A stretch of 64,000 nt of DNA from Planctomycetota bacterium. Its GTDB lineage: Bacteria > Planctomycetota > UBA8108 > SXIK01. The stretch is from NCBI GenBank assembly GCA_965223845.1, contig CBDCXR010000004.1, positions 2,304,001 to 2,368,000 on the forward strand, written 5' to 3'. The notes beneath the pieces were generated by a model. The model worked only from the letters and a program-made list of their open reading frames with translations, was not told the origin of the DNA and did no database searches. Made by a program: the position numbers and the translations under genes. Positions 39,901 through 47,988 of the stretch are shown here, in pieces; positions within the stretch are counted from its first letter, which is position 1, and each line of letters opens with the position of its first letter.

Positions 39901-41448
39901 GCGTCCGTTTCGCAGCGCGAGCTCGAGCTCGCCCCTAAGGGAGACCGCACGCCTGAGCGCGTCCGGTGGTCCGTGAGGATCCTCGGCGAGCCCGACGCTC
40001 TGCTCGACGATCTCGATGGCGGACTCGAGCTTCGCGATCGCTTCGCGCCCCCCAGGGGCGGATTCGAACCGAAGATTCTGCGCGCGTTCGAGTCCCGCGT
40101 CGATCTGCTCGGTGAGCGTGTCTCTGCGCGCCTCGCGTTCGTTCTCGATCCAGAGATAACCACCGGTGACGAGGAGAAGCACACCGATGGCCAAAACCGC
40201 GATCCCCGTCTTGAATCGAGCCTTCGCGGCTCGGATCGCCATGGTTTGGGCCCGCTCTTCGAGCGAATCGAGATAAGCGCCCGTCTCCGCGGCGACCGCA
40301 CCGGCGTTCCGCGGACGCTCGAGTCGTTCGAAGGCGATGCACCGCTTCGCGAGCGCGATCAGCGTCGCGTCCGCGCTGGAGCGATCGAGGCGTGCAAATG
40401 CGTCGTCGAGGTGACCGCTCTTCGCCTTGCGGTAGACGTCCTCGACGCTGTCGCCCAAGTGTACCGGGCGACCGGTCAGGATCTCACAGAGAACCGCGCC
40501 GAGACCGAAGACGTCGGTGCGCTCGTCGAGGTCATCCACTTCGCCGCGCGCTTGTTCCGGAGCCATGTAAGCCGGCGTCCCGAGCACCGAGCCGGCGAGA
40601 GATTCGGAGCCGGTACTCCCCGACCGCAGGGTCCGGATGACGCTCGGCGGCTCCGCCGTGGTCGTCGCGCGCCGATCTTCCTGGGCGCCGCCGCGCGCGA
40701 GCACCTTCGCGAGGCCCCAATCCATCACCTGCACTTCGCCGAATGAGCCGACCATGATGTTGGAGGGCTTGAGGTCGCGATGAATGACTCCGCGAGCGTG
40801 CGCGTACGCGAGAGTCTGCGCGACTTGGAGAAAGATGCCGAGAAACCGTTGCCGTTCCACGGCGGGGTCGCGCCGCTCGGAGAGAAGCTCCGAGAGCGTG
40901 CGCCCCTTCACGAGCTTCATCGTGAAGAAGGGTCGATCGTCCGCGAAGAGCCCCATTTCGTGGACGGCGCACACTCCGGGATGGTGGAGCTGCCCGCCGA
41001 TCTGCGCTTCCTCGACAAAGCGTCGCAGCAGTTCCGGCTTCGTTCGATGCGCGTCGAGAATGACCTTGAACGCAACGTCGCGCCCGAGATCCACATCGTG
41101 CGCGCGATAGACTGCGCCGACGCCGCCGCGGGCGATCTCGCCCGTCAAGCGGTACCGCCCGACTCGCTCGGGCAGGTCGCCTTCTTCGGCCGTACGCGGC
41201 CGCACGATCGGGCTGCGATCGTCCAGGATGTCGCGTAGGGAAACGCGCGACACTTCGCCGGTGATCTCGCCCAGGCGCTGGACGATGCTCTCGTGCGCGC
41301 TCGTCTCCGAGCCGCCCGACGCTTCACCCGGATGGGTCTCAAAGACGGCGCGCAGACCGGCCTCGACTGGATCCGTCGATCCATCGGAGCGACTCGCTCC
41401 ATCGAGCGGCAGAGTTTCGCCGGCGGAATCGAGATCGGAATCGGTCAT
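36955..41448 (-). CDS. Receptor-type Ser/Thr kinase with TM helix, TPRs, jelly-roll module, FN3-like and C-terminal beta-rich domain
   Basis: IARGGVGAVY, AFK, HRDLKPSN, DWG, GTPAYMAPEQ; TM GIAVLAIGVLLLVTGGYLWI; TPR helices; WRY..FDDSDW..G..GFGY..DDG..WLNG; TTYFWRAR. Confidence 0.92.
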   Translation of the reverse strand: MTDSDLDSAGETLPLDGASRSDGSTDPVEAGLRAVFETHPGEASGGSETSAHESIVQRLGEITGEVSRVSLRDILDDRSPIVRPRTAEEGDLPERVGRYRLTGEIARGGVGAVYRAHDVDLGRDVAFKVILDAHRTKPELLRRFVEEAQIGGQLHHPGVCAVHEMGLFADDRPFFTMKLVKGRTLSELLSERRDPAVERQRFLGIFLQVAQTLAYAHARGVIHRDLKPSNIMVGSFGEVQVMDWGLAKVLARGGAQEDRRATTTAEPPSVIRTLRSGSTGSESLAGSVLGTPAYMAPEQARGEVDDLDERTDVFGLGAVLCEILTGRPVHLGDSVEDVYRKAKSGHLDDAFARLDRSSADATLIALAKRCIAFERLERPRNAGAVAAETGAYLDSLEERAQTMAIRAAKARFKTGIAVLAIGVLLLVTGGYLWIENEREARRDTLTEQIDAGLERAQNLRFESAPGGREAIAKLESAIEIVEQSVGLAEDPHGPPDALRRAVSLRGELELALRNGRMLTTLDDIRAASLKNVRSVGRWWVIHRRYREAFGEFGIDLLAPSVSVDEAVAFLRESELPRIALTLDYWLWVLRAYGADPQHREKLRRVVDALEGEESIATRLRAEWARLGSSAQRSVGDELLRLARSRELETAHPQTLGILGHFLFYSNAPEDAERVLRAAWSRHPGDFLINFALGFVLASSDPPRHVAALEYLRAAVAIDPSSAAAWTTLYGALLGTGDVDRALRALVKALRLEQTSRPLYEEVMATLEDAPTVPRSEGFNDVIRFLAELVDSTSEFDSIVARSYVLACSINPEIVGSARAIEIAREEVERTMRRDSQAFYFLARILFASGRRTEAVAALEDALELGASKQRHWARLETYRAAVRPDLVTYASIDAKLEDRTVLIGAGETWRYFKGDRANPEGWERPQFDDSDWTEGKSGFGYDTEGEYTFTTNLADMQGEYTTLSVRRRFELTARDFERFRGFFLSLRSDDGFVAWLNGQEVVRRRAGERQRPVESSDVASSSYEATDVEVFELPRDLLESGENVLAIQGLNRSLDSSDFLLVPQLVAELRRGEERDRFDAFHELLRSRGENDALRARYLEARFLQRDGELERAAEIYRELVEHDRSQAEPHLRLWECLKAQDSELARRRFRGDLNLENLPIAHLPVVPAQPRAKRPEPDSPLALPIILESSDFFHLDPRVEHAATRWEVREAGTAYDREPVYHVLSDRDLVSVTLPSGLLRPRTTYFWRARHVDANGGVSAASGEVSFTTAEFPFEAVPFDLSGVFNADVVAGPDDPDGNDWFGAVFWLGVDGYDGERSDNPAVRGLPTNRRIGVHRLGDYSTPNVVKLRKADRSVRVEVARGRYVAVRFLVSGAEGDSIVPVTLEYADGSRETGQLPCDDFYDDPFRNDLRGVQFGSTPIYDGMDAWPLGQFEDDNDPAVFEIVVPTDPQRELASFVLEPESGRFLMHFGGVVTEGANDRITCFHLLAATGIRAGD

Positions 41449-41539
41449 GGTACCCCTCCGGATTCGACGTCAACGGTTCGCGAGCATCCCCTGTTCCGGC
41501 CTCGGGGCAGTTTTCCGCGGAGTTTTTCGTCCTTTTTTT

Positions 41540-42223
41540 TCAGCTCACGATTGCGAGGAGTTCGCGGCAGCGTTCCTCGATCTCGGCCGCCGTCCCCGGA
41601 GAGTGAAAGGCGACCACCTCGGTGAGGGCGCGGCGGAACTCTCCTTTCGCCCGATCGAGGTCGCGGTGGAGAGCCTTCGCGTCCTCCTTCCACTCGTGCG
41701 CGATGTCTCGGACCGGTGTGCCGTCGCGAAAACGAAGCCGGAGGATTTCGATGCGCCGGGTCATCTCCGCGCCCGCGCGCTGAGCCTCATCTTCGAGCAG
41801 CTCGAACGCTTCCTTGAGGAGGGAACGTGCCCAGGCGCGGTCGAAAATCTGCGAAAGCGTCGCTTCGTCTCGCTCGACCTTCTGAAAGTCGATGCCGGTC
41901 GAGTACGCGCCGTCGCGCCGGCGGCCGGCGCGCTCTTCGAAACGACGCGCCACGTTGCGGGCAACGCCGTAAAGAAACGCGCGAAACCCACCTCGCCGCT
42001 CAGCGTCCGCCCGCTCGAGAACTCCACCTTCGCGGAAGCACTCGACGAAGATCTCCTGGAGAGCATCTTCGAGGTCGGCCGAGCGCGGAGACGTTCGCCA
42101 GCGCGCGCCGAGAAACGCTCGGAGGGCGGGGGTGTAACACCGGACGAACGTCTCGCGGTCCTTTTCGCGCCCCTCCGCGGCTCGCCGAATGAGCATCCAG
42201 CAGGTGGGGTTCGACTCGGGCAT
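41540..42223 (-). CDS. ECF sigma factor, planctomycete type with N-terminal TxWxL motif
   Basis: MPESNPTCWMLIRRAAEG, DLEDALQEIF, GGFRAFLYGVARN, FDRAW, sigma4-like HTH. ATG at 42223. Confidence 0.88.
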   Translation of the reverse strand: MPESNPTCWMLIRRAAEGREKDRETFVRCYTPALRAFLGARWRTSPRSADLEDALQEIFVECFREGGVLERADAERRGGFRAFLYGVARNVARRFEERAGRRRDGAYSTGIDFQKVERDEATLSQIFDRAWARSLLKEAFELLEDEAQRAGAEMTRRIEILRLRFRDGTPVRDIAHEWKEDAKALHRDLDRAKGEFRRALTEVVAFHSPGTAAEIEERCRELLAIVS

Positions 42224-42290
42224 TCCGCGATGGTACGGAGGCGTCCGAGCGAAGAAAAGAACGCGCTCGCCGGACGAAGCCTCGCGGCGC

Positions 42291-43232
42291 TCAGACGAGA
42301 GCGAACACCCGAGAAGGCCCTCCAGAAGCGCCGGCGACCTTCGGCGCTCCGCAGACGATAGTCGCGCCGGCGGGCGGAACGTCGCCGAGACGCGCGACGT
42401 TTTCGAGAGCCCAGCGGTTGCGACCGAGCCACAGGGTGTGACACGGGAACTCCGTCGTCGGCCCGTGGTCGAAGCTCGCGGTGTCCGTCGCGATCGCCGC
42501 GATGTTTCGCTCCTCGACCACGAACTCGATCGCCTCGATGTGGAATCCCGGGAAGTGCCGCACGCCGTCCCCGTCGAGATTGATGAACCCCGGACCGTCG
42601 GCGCGGGCGTCCCATCCACTGAAGAGCGCCACGCACCCGCGCTCGGGGAGAGGGCCGTGCTCGGCCTCCCAGCGCCTAAGATCGTCGAGCGTCAATTCGG
42701 CGTCGGGATTCGTCCGCGCGCGGTCGCGAATGTCGACGATCGCGAGCGGGAGGACGAGATCGCGCGCCGGGATCTCCGCCACGTTCCAGCCGTCGGCGTT
42801 CCGATGAAACGGCGCGTCGATGTGAGTGCCCGCGTGCTCATCGATCGTCCACTGAAAGACGTTCCAGCCATCGCCGTTTGCGGTCGACGCTTCGGCGTCG
42901 AGTTTCACGATCGACGGCGTGCCGCGGAAGTGCGGAAACTCTGCGCTGTACGTGTGCGTGAGATCGACCACCCGAGAAAACGCCGAGAACAATTCGGCGA
43001 AAGTCGGCGCACTTCCCGCGCTCGACGCGCGGCCGAGCGTGCTTTCCTTCGCCGCCGTCCGACCCGAGCCTCCCCCGTCGTGCGTCGCCCGCGGGGCTTC
43101 GTCCGCACTCGCGGTGGCGTTTCCGCCGAGCGTCCGACAACCGCTGAGCGCCGCCGCAGCAGCGGCCGATCCGATGAAGGCTCGCCGCGACAAGTTTCGC
43201 ACGACCGCTTCGTGACATCCCGGAACACACAT
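42291..43232 (-). CDS. Tat-exported cyclase-family (kynurenine formamidase-like) metallohydrolase, probable lipoprotein
   Basis: LSRRAF followed by LSGC; HAGTHIDAPFH; HFPGF; DTASFD; ALEN; GGPSRV. Confidence 0.88.
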   Translation of the reverse strand: MCVPGCHEAVVRNLSRRAFIGSAAAAAALSGCRTLGGNATASADEAPRATHDGGGSGRTAAKESTLGRASSAGSAPTFAELFSAFSRVVDLTHTYSAEFPHFRGTPSIVKLDAEASTANGDGWNVFQWTIDEHAGTHIDAPFHRNADGWNVAEIPARDLVLPLAIVDIRDRARTNPDAELTLDDLRRWEAEHGPLPERGCVALFSGWDARADGPGFINLDGDGVRHFPGFHIEAIEFVVEERNIAAIATDTASFDHGPTTEFPCHTLWLGRNRWALENVARLGDVPPAGATIVCGAPKVAGASGGPSRVFALV

Positions 43233-43253
43233 TCGACCGTCTCCTGGGCGGGC

Positions 43254-43979
43254 TCACCGACCGAACAATCGTCGCCGCACGCGCTGCCGGAGCGTGCGCA
43301 CGAGACGTCGCGTCGACGGATTGGCTTTCTTCAGATACGTGAGTGGGTGAACGACATCCAGTCGATCGGCATCCGTACGCTCGCGCTCGGCTTCGAGCTC
43401 AGGTCGGGACGCGAGCTCGTCCGGATGGATGAAGAGCAGAGTATTCTGGCGATACCACCGCCGAACCGGCGCGAGGTTCCAGAGTCTCGGCCGCAGCGCG
43501 TCGATGGGGACGTAGCCGTGGGCGGCGAATCGTTCCGCCCAGTAGCTCGGCCACTGCTCGTTGAGATGTCCCGTTCCGCCTTGGTGCGGAATTGCCGCCG
43601 AGAAGAGGACGACCCGAGACAGCCGAACGAGCGAGGCGACGAAGGTCTCCGCCGATGATTCGGGGAGATGTTCGGCGACCTCGAGCGACACGGCGAGGTC
43701 GAACGTCCGGTCGAGCTCGACGCCCTGGGAAAGGTTGCGCTCGACGAACCGGTCGGCGGGAATGACGAGTCTCTCCCGCCGGACGTAATCGCCGTCGATG
43801 CCGAGAAAATCCTCCACGCCGGCATCGCGAAAGACGAGAAGCCACTCTCCCATCGCACAGCCGACATCGACGACGCTCTTCGGCTCGAGAAGCGAGACGA
43901 CCACCGGCACGACTGCGCGCGCGGAGTCCGTCGCCGAGGCCTGGCGCCCTTCGAAGAACTGCTCGTTGTATTCGATCAT
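43254..43979 (-). CDS. Class I SAM-dependent methyltransferase (type often linked to glycan loci)
   Basis: VVDVGCAMG, FDLAVSLEVAEHL, FSAAIPHQGGTGHLNEQW, WYRQN. ATG at 43979. Confidence 0.85.
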   Translation of the reverse strand: MIEYNEQFFEGRQASATDSARAVVPVVVSLLEPKSVVDVGCAMGEWLLVFRDAGVEDFLGIDGDYVRRERLVIPADRFVERNLSQGVELDRTFDLAVSLEVAEHLPESSAETFVASLVRLSRVVLFSAAIPHQGGTGHLNEQWPSYWAERFAAHGYVPIDALRPRLWNLAPVRRWYRQNTLLFIHPDELASRPELEAERERTDADRLDVVHPLTYLKKANPSTRRLVRTLRQRVRRRLFGR

Positions 43980-44182
43980 CTTGCGTGGCCGGCTCCCACC
44001 CGGATCGACTCGACGTCCGGGTCGACACAACTCAAGCAGGAGCCGGCCGGCGTGTCAATCGATGCTCGGCGATTCGCTCGGGACGCTCGAACTCTCCTCA
44101 CGAAGAGGTGACCGTGGACCGCGACCGTGGGTCTAGGTTCTCTCTCCGGAACGAGAACGAGCTTCAAGCCGCGTCGCTTCAC

Positions 44183-44755
44183 TCACGCGGAGCCCGAGTT
44201 CCCCGAGAGCCCCAGTCGTTCCGCTTGAGCGCGGATCGCGTCGATGCAGCGCTGGATGTGTTCCGTCAGGTCGACGCCGAGCTCGTCGATCCCCACTCGA
44301 ATGTCGTCCCGCGAGACCGCCGCGGCGAAGCTCTTGTCCTTGAGCTTCTTCTTCACCGACTTTGGCGTGAGATCAAGAATCCCGTTCGGACGCACCTTCG
44401 CGCACGCGACGAGGAATCCCGCGAGCTCGTCGACGGCGAAAAGAGCTTTTGCCATCGCCGTGTCGCGGGGAGTCCCCGTGTACTCCGCGTGCCCCAGAAT
44501 CGCCCGCAGGATCGGTTCTTCAACGCCGAGACTGCGAAGGTGTTCCACGCCGACGTAGGGATGCTCCTCCTCGGTCGGGTGACGCTCGTAGTCGAAATCG
44601 TGAAGCAAGCCGGCGACCGTCCAAGTTTCGATTTCTCCCGGCGCCTGAATCTCGGCGTAGGCCGCCATGCACGCCGCGACGGATTCCATGTGGACGCGAA
44701 GCGCCGGTGATGCGGTCCACTCCTCCATGAGCGCTCGCGCCGCCGTGGTGTTCAC
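44183..44755 (-). CDS. HD/HDIG-domain metal-dependent phosphohydrolase
   Basis: LRVH, GLLHDFDYE, EHP, AILGH, AVDELAG, KKKLKDKSFA. GTG start overlaps the RND stop codon. Confidence 0.88.
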   Translation of the reverse strand: MNTTAARALMEEWTASPALRVHMESVAACMAAYAEIQAPGEIETWTVAGLLHDFDYERHPTEEEHPYVGVEHLRSLGVEEPILRAILGHAEYTGTPRDTAMAKALFAVDELAGFLVACAKVRPNGILDLTPKSVKKKLKDKSFAAAVSRDDIRVGIDELGVDLTEHIQRCIDAIRAQAERLGLSGNSGSA

Positions 44756-47700
44756 GATCGCGGTCCCCCCTCGAGCGGCGGCGTGCCGCCGGCCTCGGCC
44801 CCGTTTAGGAGTTCTCCTCTCTCCGTCCAAGCAACGCTGCGGAGAAGTCGTCCGCAGAACGCCCGAGTGTCGTCGAGGACGGTGTAGAACACGGGGACCA
44901 TGTAGAGCGTAAAGAACGTCGAGGTCGCCAGTCCGCCGCTCAGAACCATCGCGAGGGGCTTGTAGTCGACCCCTTCTCCCTGCTGCGGAAACACGATCAG
45001 CGGTAGGAGGCCGAAGATCGTCGTGAGCGCCGTCATCCAAATCGGGCGAAATCGGATGCGGACGGCATCGGTGATCGCTGCGTCGCGCTCAACACCGCTG
45101 CGGCGAAGACGATTGATTTGATCCACGAGGACGATGGCATTGTTGACGACGATGCCGACGAGGATCAGGATTCCGATCATGCCGACGATGTCGAAGGGCG
45201 TCGACGTCACCCAGAGGAGCCCGATCGAGCCGAAGAGGGCGAAGGGGACGACGAAGAGGACGGAGAGCGGCAGAATGAACGATTCGAAGAGGACGCCCAT
45301 CAAGCAAAAGATGAGCGCGAACGCCATGAGCGCAGAAGTGGACGCGCTTTCTGCGTCTCCGTCGAACCCCCCGCGCTGGAGATCGAGCGTGAGCTCCACC
45401 GCCGGCGGAGTGGGATAGCGAGCGAGGTACGCGTCCAGCTTCTTCCGAAACTCGTCGCGCTTGATCCCCTTCTTGAGCCGCAGAGAGAACCCGAGCGTCA
45501 TCGTTCCGTCGAGCCGGTGGATCTCCCCCAGGCCTTCGGTAATCGCGTAGCTCGCGACATTCTCGAGGCGGACGAACTCGCCGTCCTCGCGAAAGACGCG
45601 CACGCGGTCGAGCGCACCGATCTCCTCCTTCACCGACTCGCCGTAGCGGACCCAAAACGGGTACTCCCGCTCCTCGACGGCGAAGTCGGGCAGCGGTGCC
45701 CCGCGGAGGGCCCACGCGACCGATTGAGATACCGTCGCCGTGTCGACGCCGTACTCCTGAGCGACTCGGCGGTGGATGTTCACTTCGATCTGATCGGAAT
45801 TCTCCCGGCGCCACTCGCTCACTTCGTCGATCTCCGGGAAGCGCTCGCGGTCCGCGAGATCGATCCTCAATCGACGACTCAGTTCGTCCATGGCGTCGAG
45901 ATCGTCCCCGCGAATGTACACGCGCTGGCGCTTCCCGCTCGTCTCGCGCATGAAATCCTCGAATCCGAAGCGGTACTCCACCCCCGGCAGCCGCGGTACG
46001 AGCGGACGAATCTCCGCGAAGAACTCGGTCTCCGTCTTTCGCACTTCCGGGCGGGGGAAGAGATTGAGCTCGCCGCGCGCCGAGTCGTACCAGGCGGTCA
46101 CCGATTGGATCCCGAGTCGCTCGCGTTGCTCGAGCAGCGCGGATTCGATTTTCCCGAAGATCTCGTCCGCCTCGCGAAGCGACGAGTTCTGCGGCAAGGT
46201 GACGTTGATCTCGAGTCGCCGGGGACCGTCCTGGATCGTCGCCTTTTCGAGACTCTCGTAGGCGACTTGCATGAGAAAGATCAGTCCGAAGGCCACGAGG
46301 ATGGTTTCGATTCGATGGCGGACGCAGAATCCGGTGAGGCGAGCGGAAACTCGATTGATCTTGGCCGGCTCGCCGACTCGTTCGCCGGTGAAGAAGCGAA
46401 GGAACCACGGCAGCCGAGACGATCGCGTGTCGGTCGTTTCCCCGGCCGCCGGCGCCCCGTTCTTTCGCGCGCGCCGCCACTGGAGTCGAAGCGCTCCCTG
46501 CGGGATGAACACGAGCGCGACGAGTAGCGAGGCGAGGACGCTCACGCACACGGGCTCGCCGATTTCGACCGCGATCACCTGAAAGCGCGGATCGCTGATG
46601 AAAAAGATCGGGAGGAACACCATCACGGTCGTCAGAGTCGCGAGGGTGACGGCGACGCCGACTCCGGTGACCCCGTGAATCGCCGCCGGACGCGGAGCGT
46701 AGCCGCGATCTTCGTGCCGGACGATGTTCTCGACGACGACGATCGAGTTGTCGACGAGCATTCCGATCGCGAGGGACATCCCCATGAGGCTCATGAGGTT
46801 GAACGTCCCCCCGCGAAAGTAGATCCAGATCACTGTGATCAAGAGCGAGAACGGGATCGCGAACGTGACGAGAAGAGTCATCCCCCACCGCCGAAAGAAG
46901 ACGTAGAGAACGGCGATCGCGAAGAGTCCTCCCCACATCGCGCTCCGGGCGAGCGAGTCGACGGAGAACCGGATCATCTCCCCCTGATCGAGCCACGTGT
47001 GGCGCTCCACCTTCGTGAGTCCGGGCACGGTGAGCCGAAGATCGTCCGCGAGGGTGTCCAGCGCGGCCTTGACGCGCTGGCACACCTCGACCGTGTTCGC
47101 GGATGACTCCTTGTGAATGACGAGCGACCGCGATCGGAATCCGTTCGCTCGCGCGAGCTGATCGCGCACCGCGTAGTTGTATTCGACCGCGGCGAAGTCA
47201 CGGACGCGCAAACGGTCGTCGGCGGGATAGTCGAGCACCGCGTCGAACGACCGAAAGCGATTGTCGAAGCGGACGAATAGTTCTTTCTCGCCTTGGCGAA
47301 TCGTGCCGGCGTTCACCGTTCGGTGGTCGGCGGACAGGCGGCCGATGAGACCACGGAGATCGACTCCGTAGGCGTCGACCTTTTCCGGATCGAGACCGAC
47401 CTCGACGAAGCGCTTGAGGATTCCCCATACGTTGACTCTTGCCACTCCGTCGACGGCCATCATGCGCTTAGTGATCACCTCGTCGAAGAGGTAGTCGACG
47501 TCGACCTTCTCTTCGTCGACGTCCATGCTGAGCGCGCACACGTAGATCGGCATGTCCCCTTCGCTCTGCCGCCAGAGAAAGTAGCGATCCACCCCGTCGA
47601 TCCACTCCGCTTTAGCGCGATCCATGCGGTCCCGAATCTCGGAGAGGACCACCTGGGGATCCGCGCTCGGCGAAAACTCGATCCGGATGCGGCAATCGCG

Positions 47701-47988
47701 CGAACTCGACGACGAGCCGACGCGACGGATTCCCTGCACCGTGCGAAGCTGAGCCTCGCAGGGCTTCGCGATGCGTTCCATCACTTCGCGCGGCGTGCCG
47801 TCCGGAACGGCGATGTAAAGAAAGCAACTCGGCGCGGTGAGGCCGTTCGGTACGAGTTGGAGCGGGATCTGGGGATACGCGACGAGACCGACGACGAGGA
47901 GTGCGGCGAAGGTCACGAATACCGCGATCGGGCGGTAGATCGTGGCGCGGATGAACGCCGAGGGTCGGGGTGCGGAGCCCGTCATCAC
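44752..47988 (-). CDS. RND efflux permease (AcrB/AcrD/AcrF superfamily), subunit 2
   Basis: Multi-TM RND layout; GMLVDNSIVV, GIVVNNAIVLVD, RFRPIWMT. Confidence 0.93.
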   Translation of the reverse strand: MMTGSAPRPSAFIRATIYRPIAVFVTFAALLVVGLVAYPQIPLQLVPNGLTAPSCFLYIAVPDGTPREVMERIAKPCEAQLRTVQGIRRVGSSSSSRDCRIRIEFSPSADPQVVLSEIRDRMDRAKAEWIDGVDRYFLWRQSEGDMPIYVCALSMDVDEEKVDVDYLFDEVITKRMMAVDGVARVNVWGILKRFVEVGLDPEKVDAYGVDLRGLIGRLSADHRTVNAGTIRQGEKELFVRFDNRFRSFDAVLDYPADDRLRVRDFAAVEYNYAVRDQLARANGFRSRSLVIHKESSANTVEVCQRVKAALDTLADDLRLTVPGLTKVERHTWLDQGEMIRFSVDSLARSAMWGGLFAIAVLYVFFRRWGMTLLVTFAIPFSLLITVIWIYFRGGTFNLMSLMGMSLAIGMLVDNSIVVVENIVRHEDRGYAPRPAAIHGVTGVGVAVTLATLTTVMVFLPIFFISDPRFQVIAVEIGEPVCVSVLASLLVALVFIPQGALRLQWRRARKNGAPAAGETTDTRSSRLPWFLRFFTGERVGEPAKINRVSARLTGFCVRHRIETILVAFGLIFLMQVAYESLEKATIQDGPRRLEINVTLPQNSSLREADEIFGKIESALLEQRERLGIQSVTAWYDSARGELNLFPRPEVRKTETEFFAEIRPLVPRLPGVEYRFGFEDFMRETSGKRQRVYIRGDDLDAMDELSRRLRIDLADRERFPEIDEVSEWRRENSDQIEVNIHRRVAQEYGVDTATVSQSVAWALRGAPLPDFAVEEREYPFWVRYGESVKEEIGALDRVRVFREDGEFVRLENVASYAITEGLGEIHRLDGTMTLGFSLRLKKGIKRDEFRKKLDAYLARYPTPPAVELTLDLQRGGFDGDAESASTSALMAFALIFCLMGVLFESFILPLSVLFVVPFALFGSIGLLWVTSTPFDIVGMIGILILVGIVVNNAIVLVDQINRLRRSGVERDAAITDAVRIRFRPIWMTALTTIFGLLPLIVFPQQGEGVDYKPLAMVLSGGLATSTFFTLYMVPVFYTVLDDTRAFCGRLLRSVAWTERGELLNGAEAGGTPPLEGGPRS

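Noticed and set aside
41521-41545. T-rich tract at the ECF stop codon
   Set aside because: No upstream hairpin and wrong orientation for a terminator of this gene; no frameshift is needed. At most an A-rich promoter element for the kinase.
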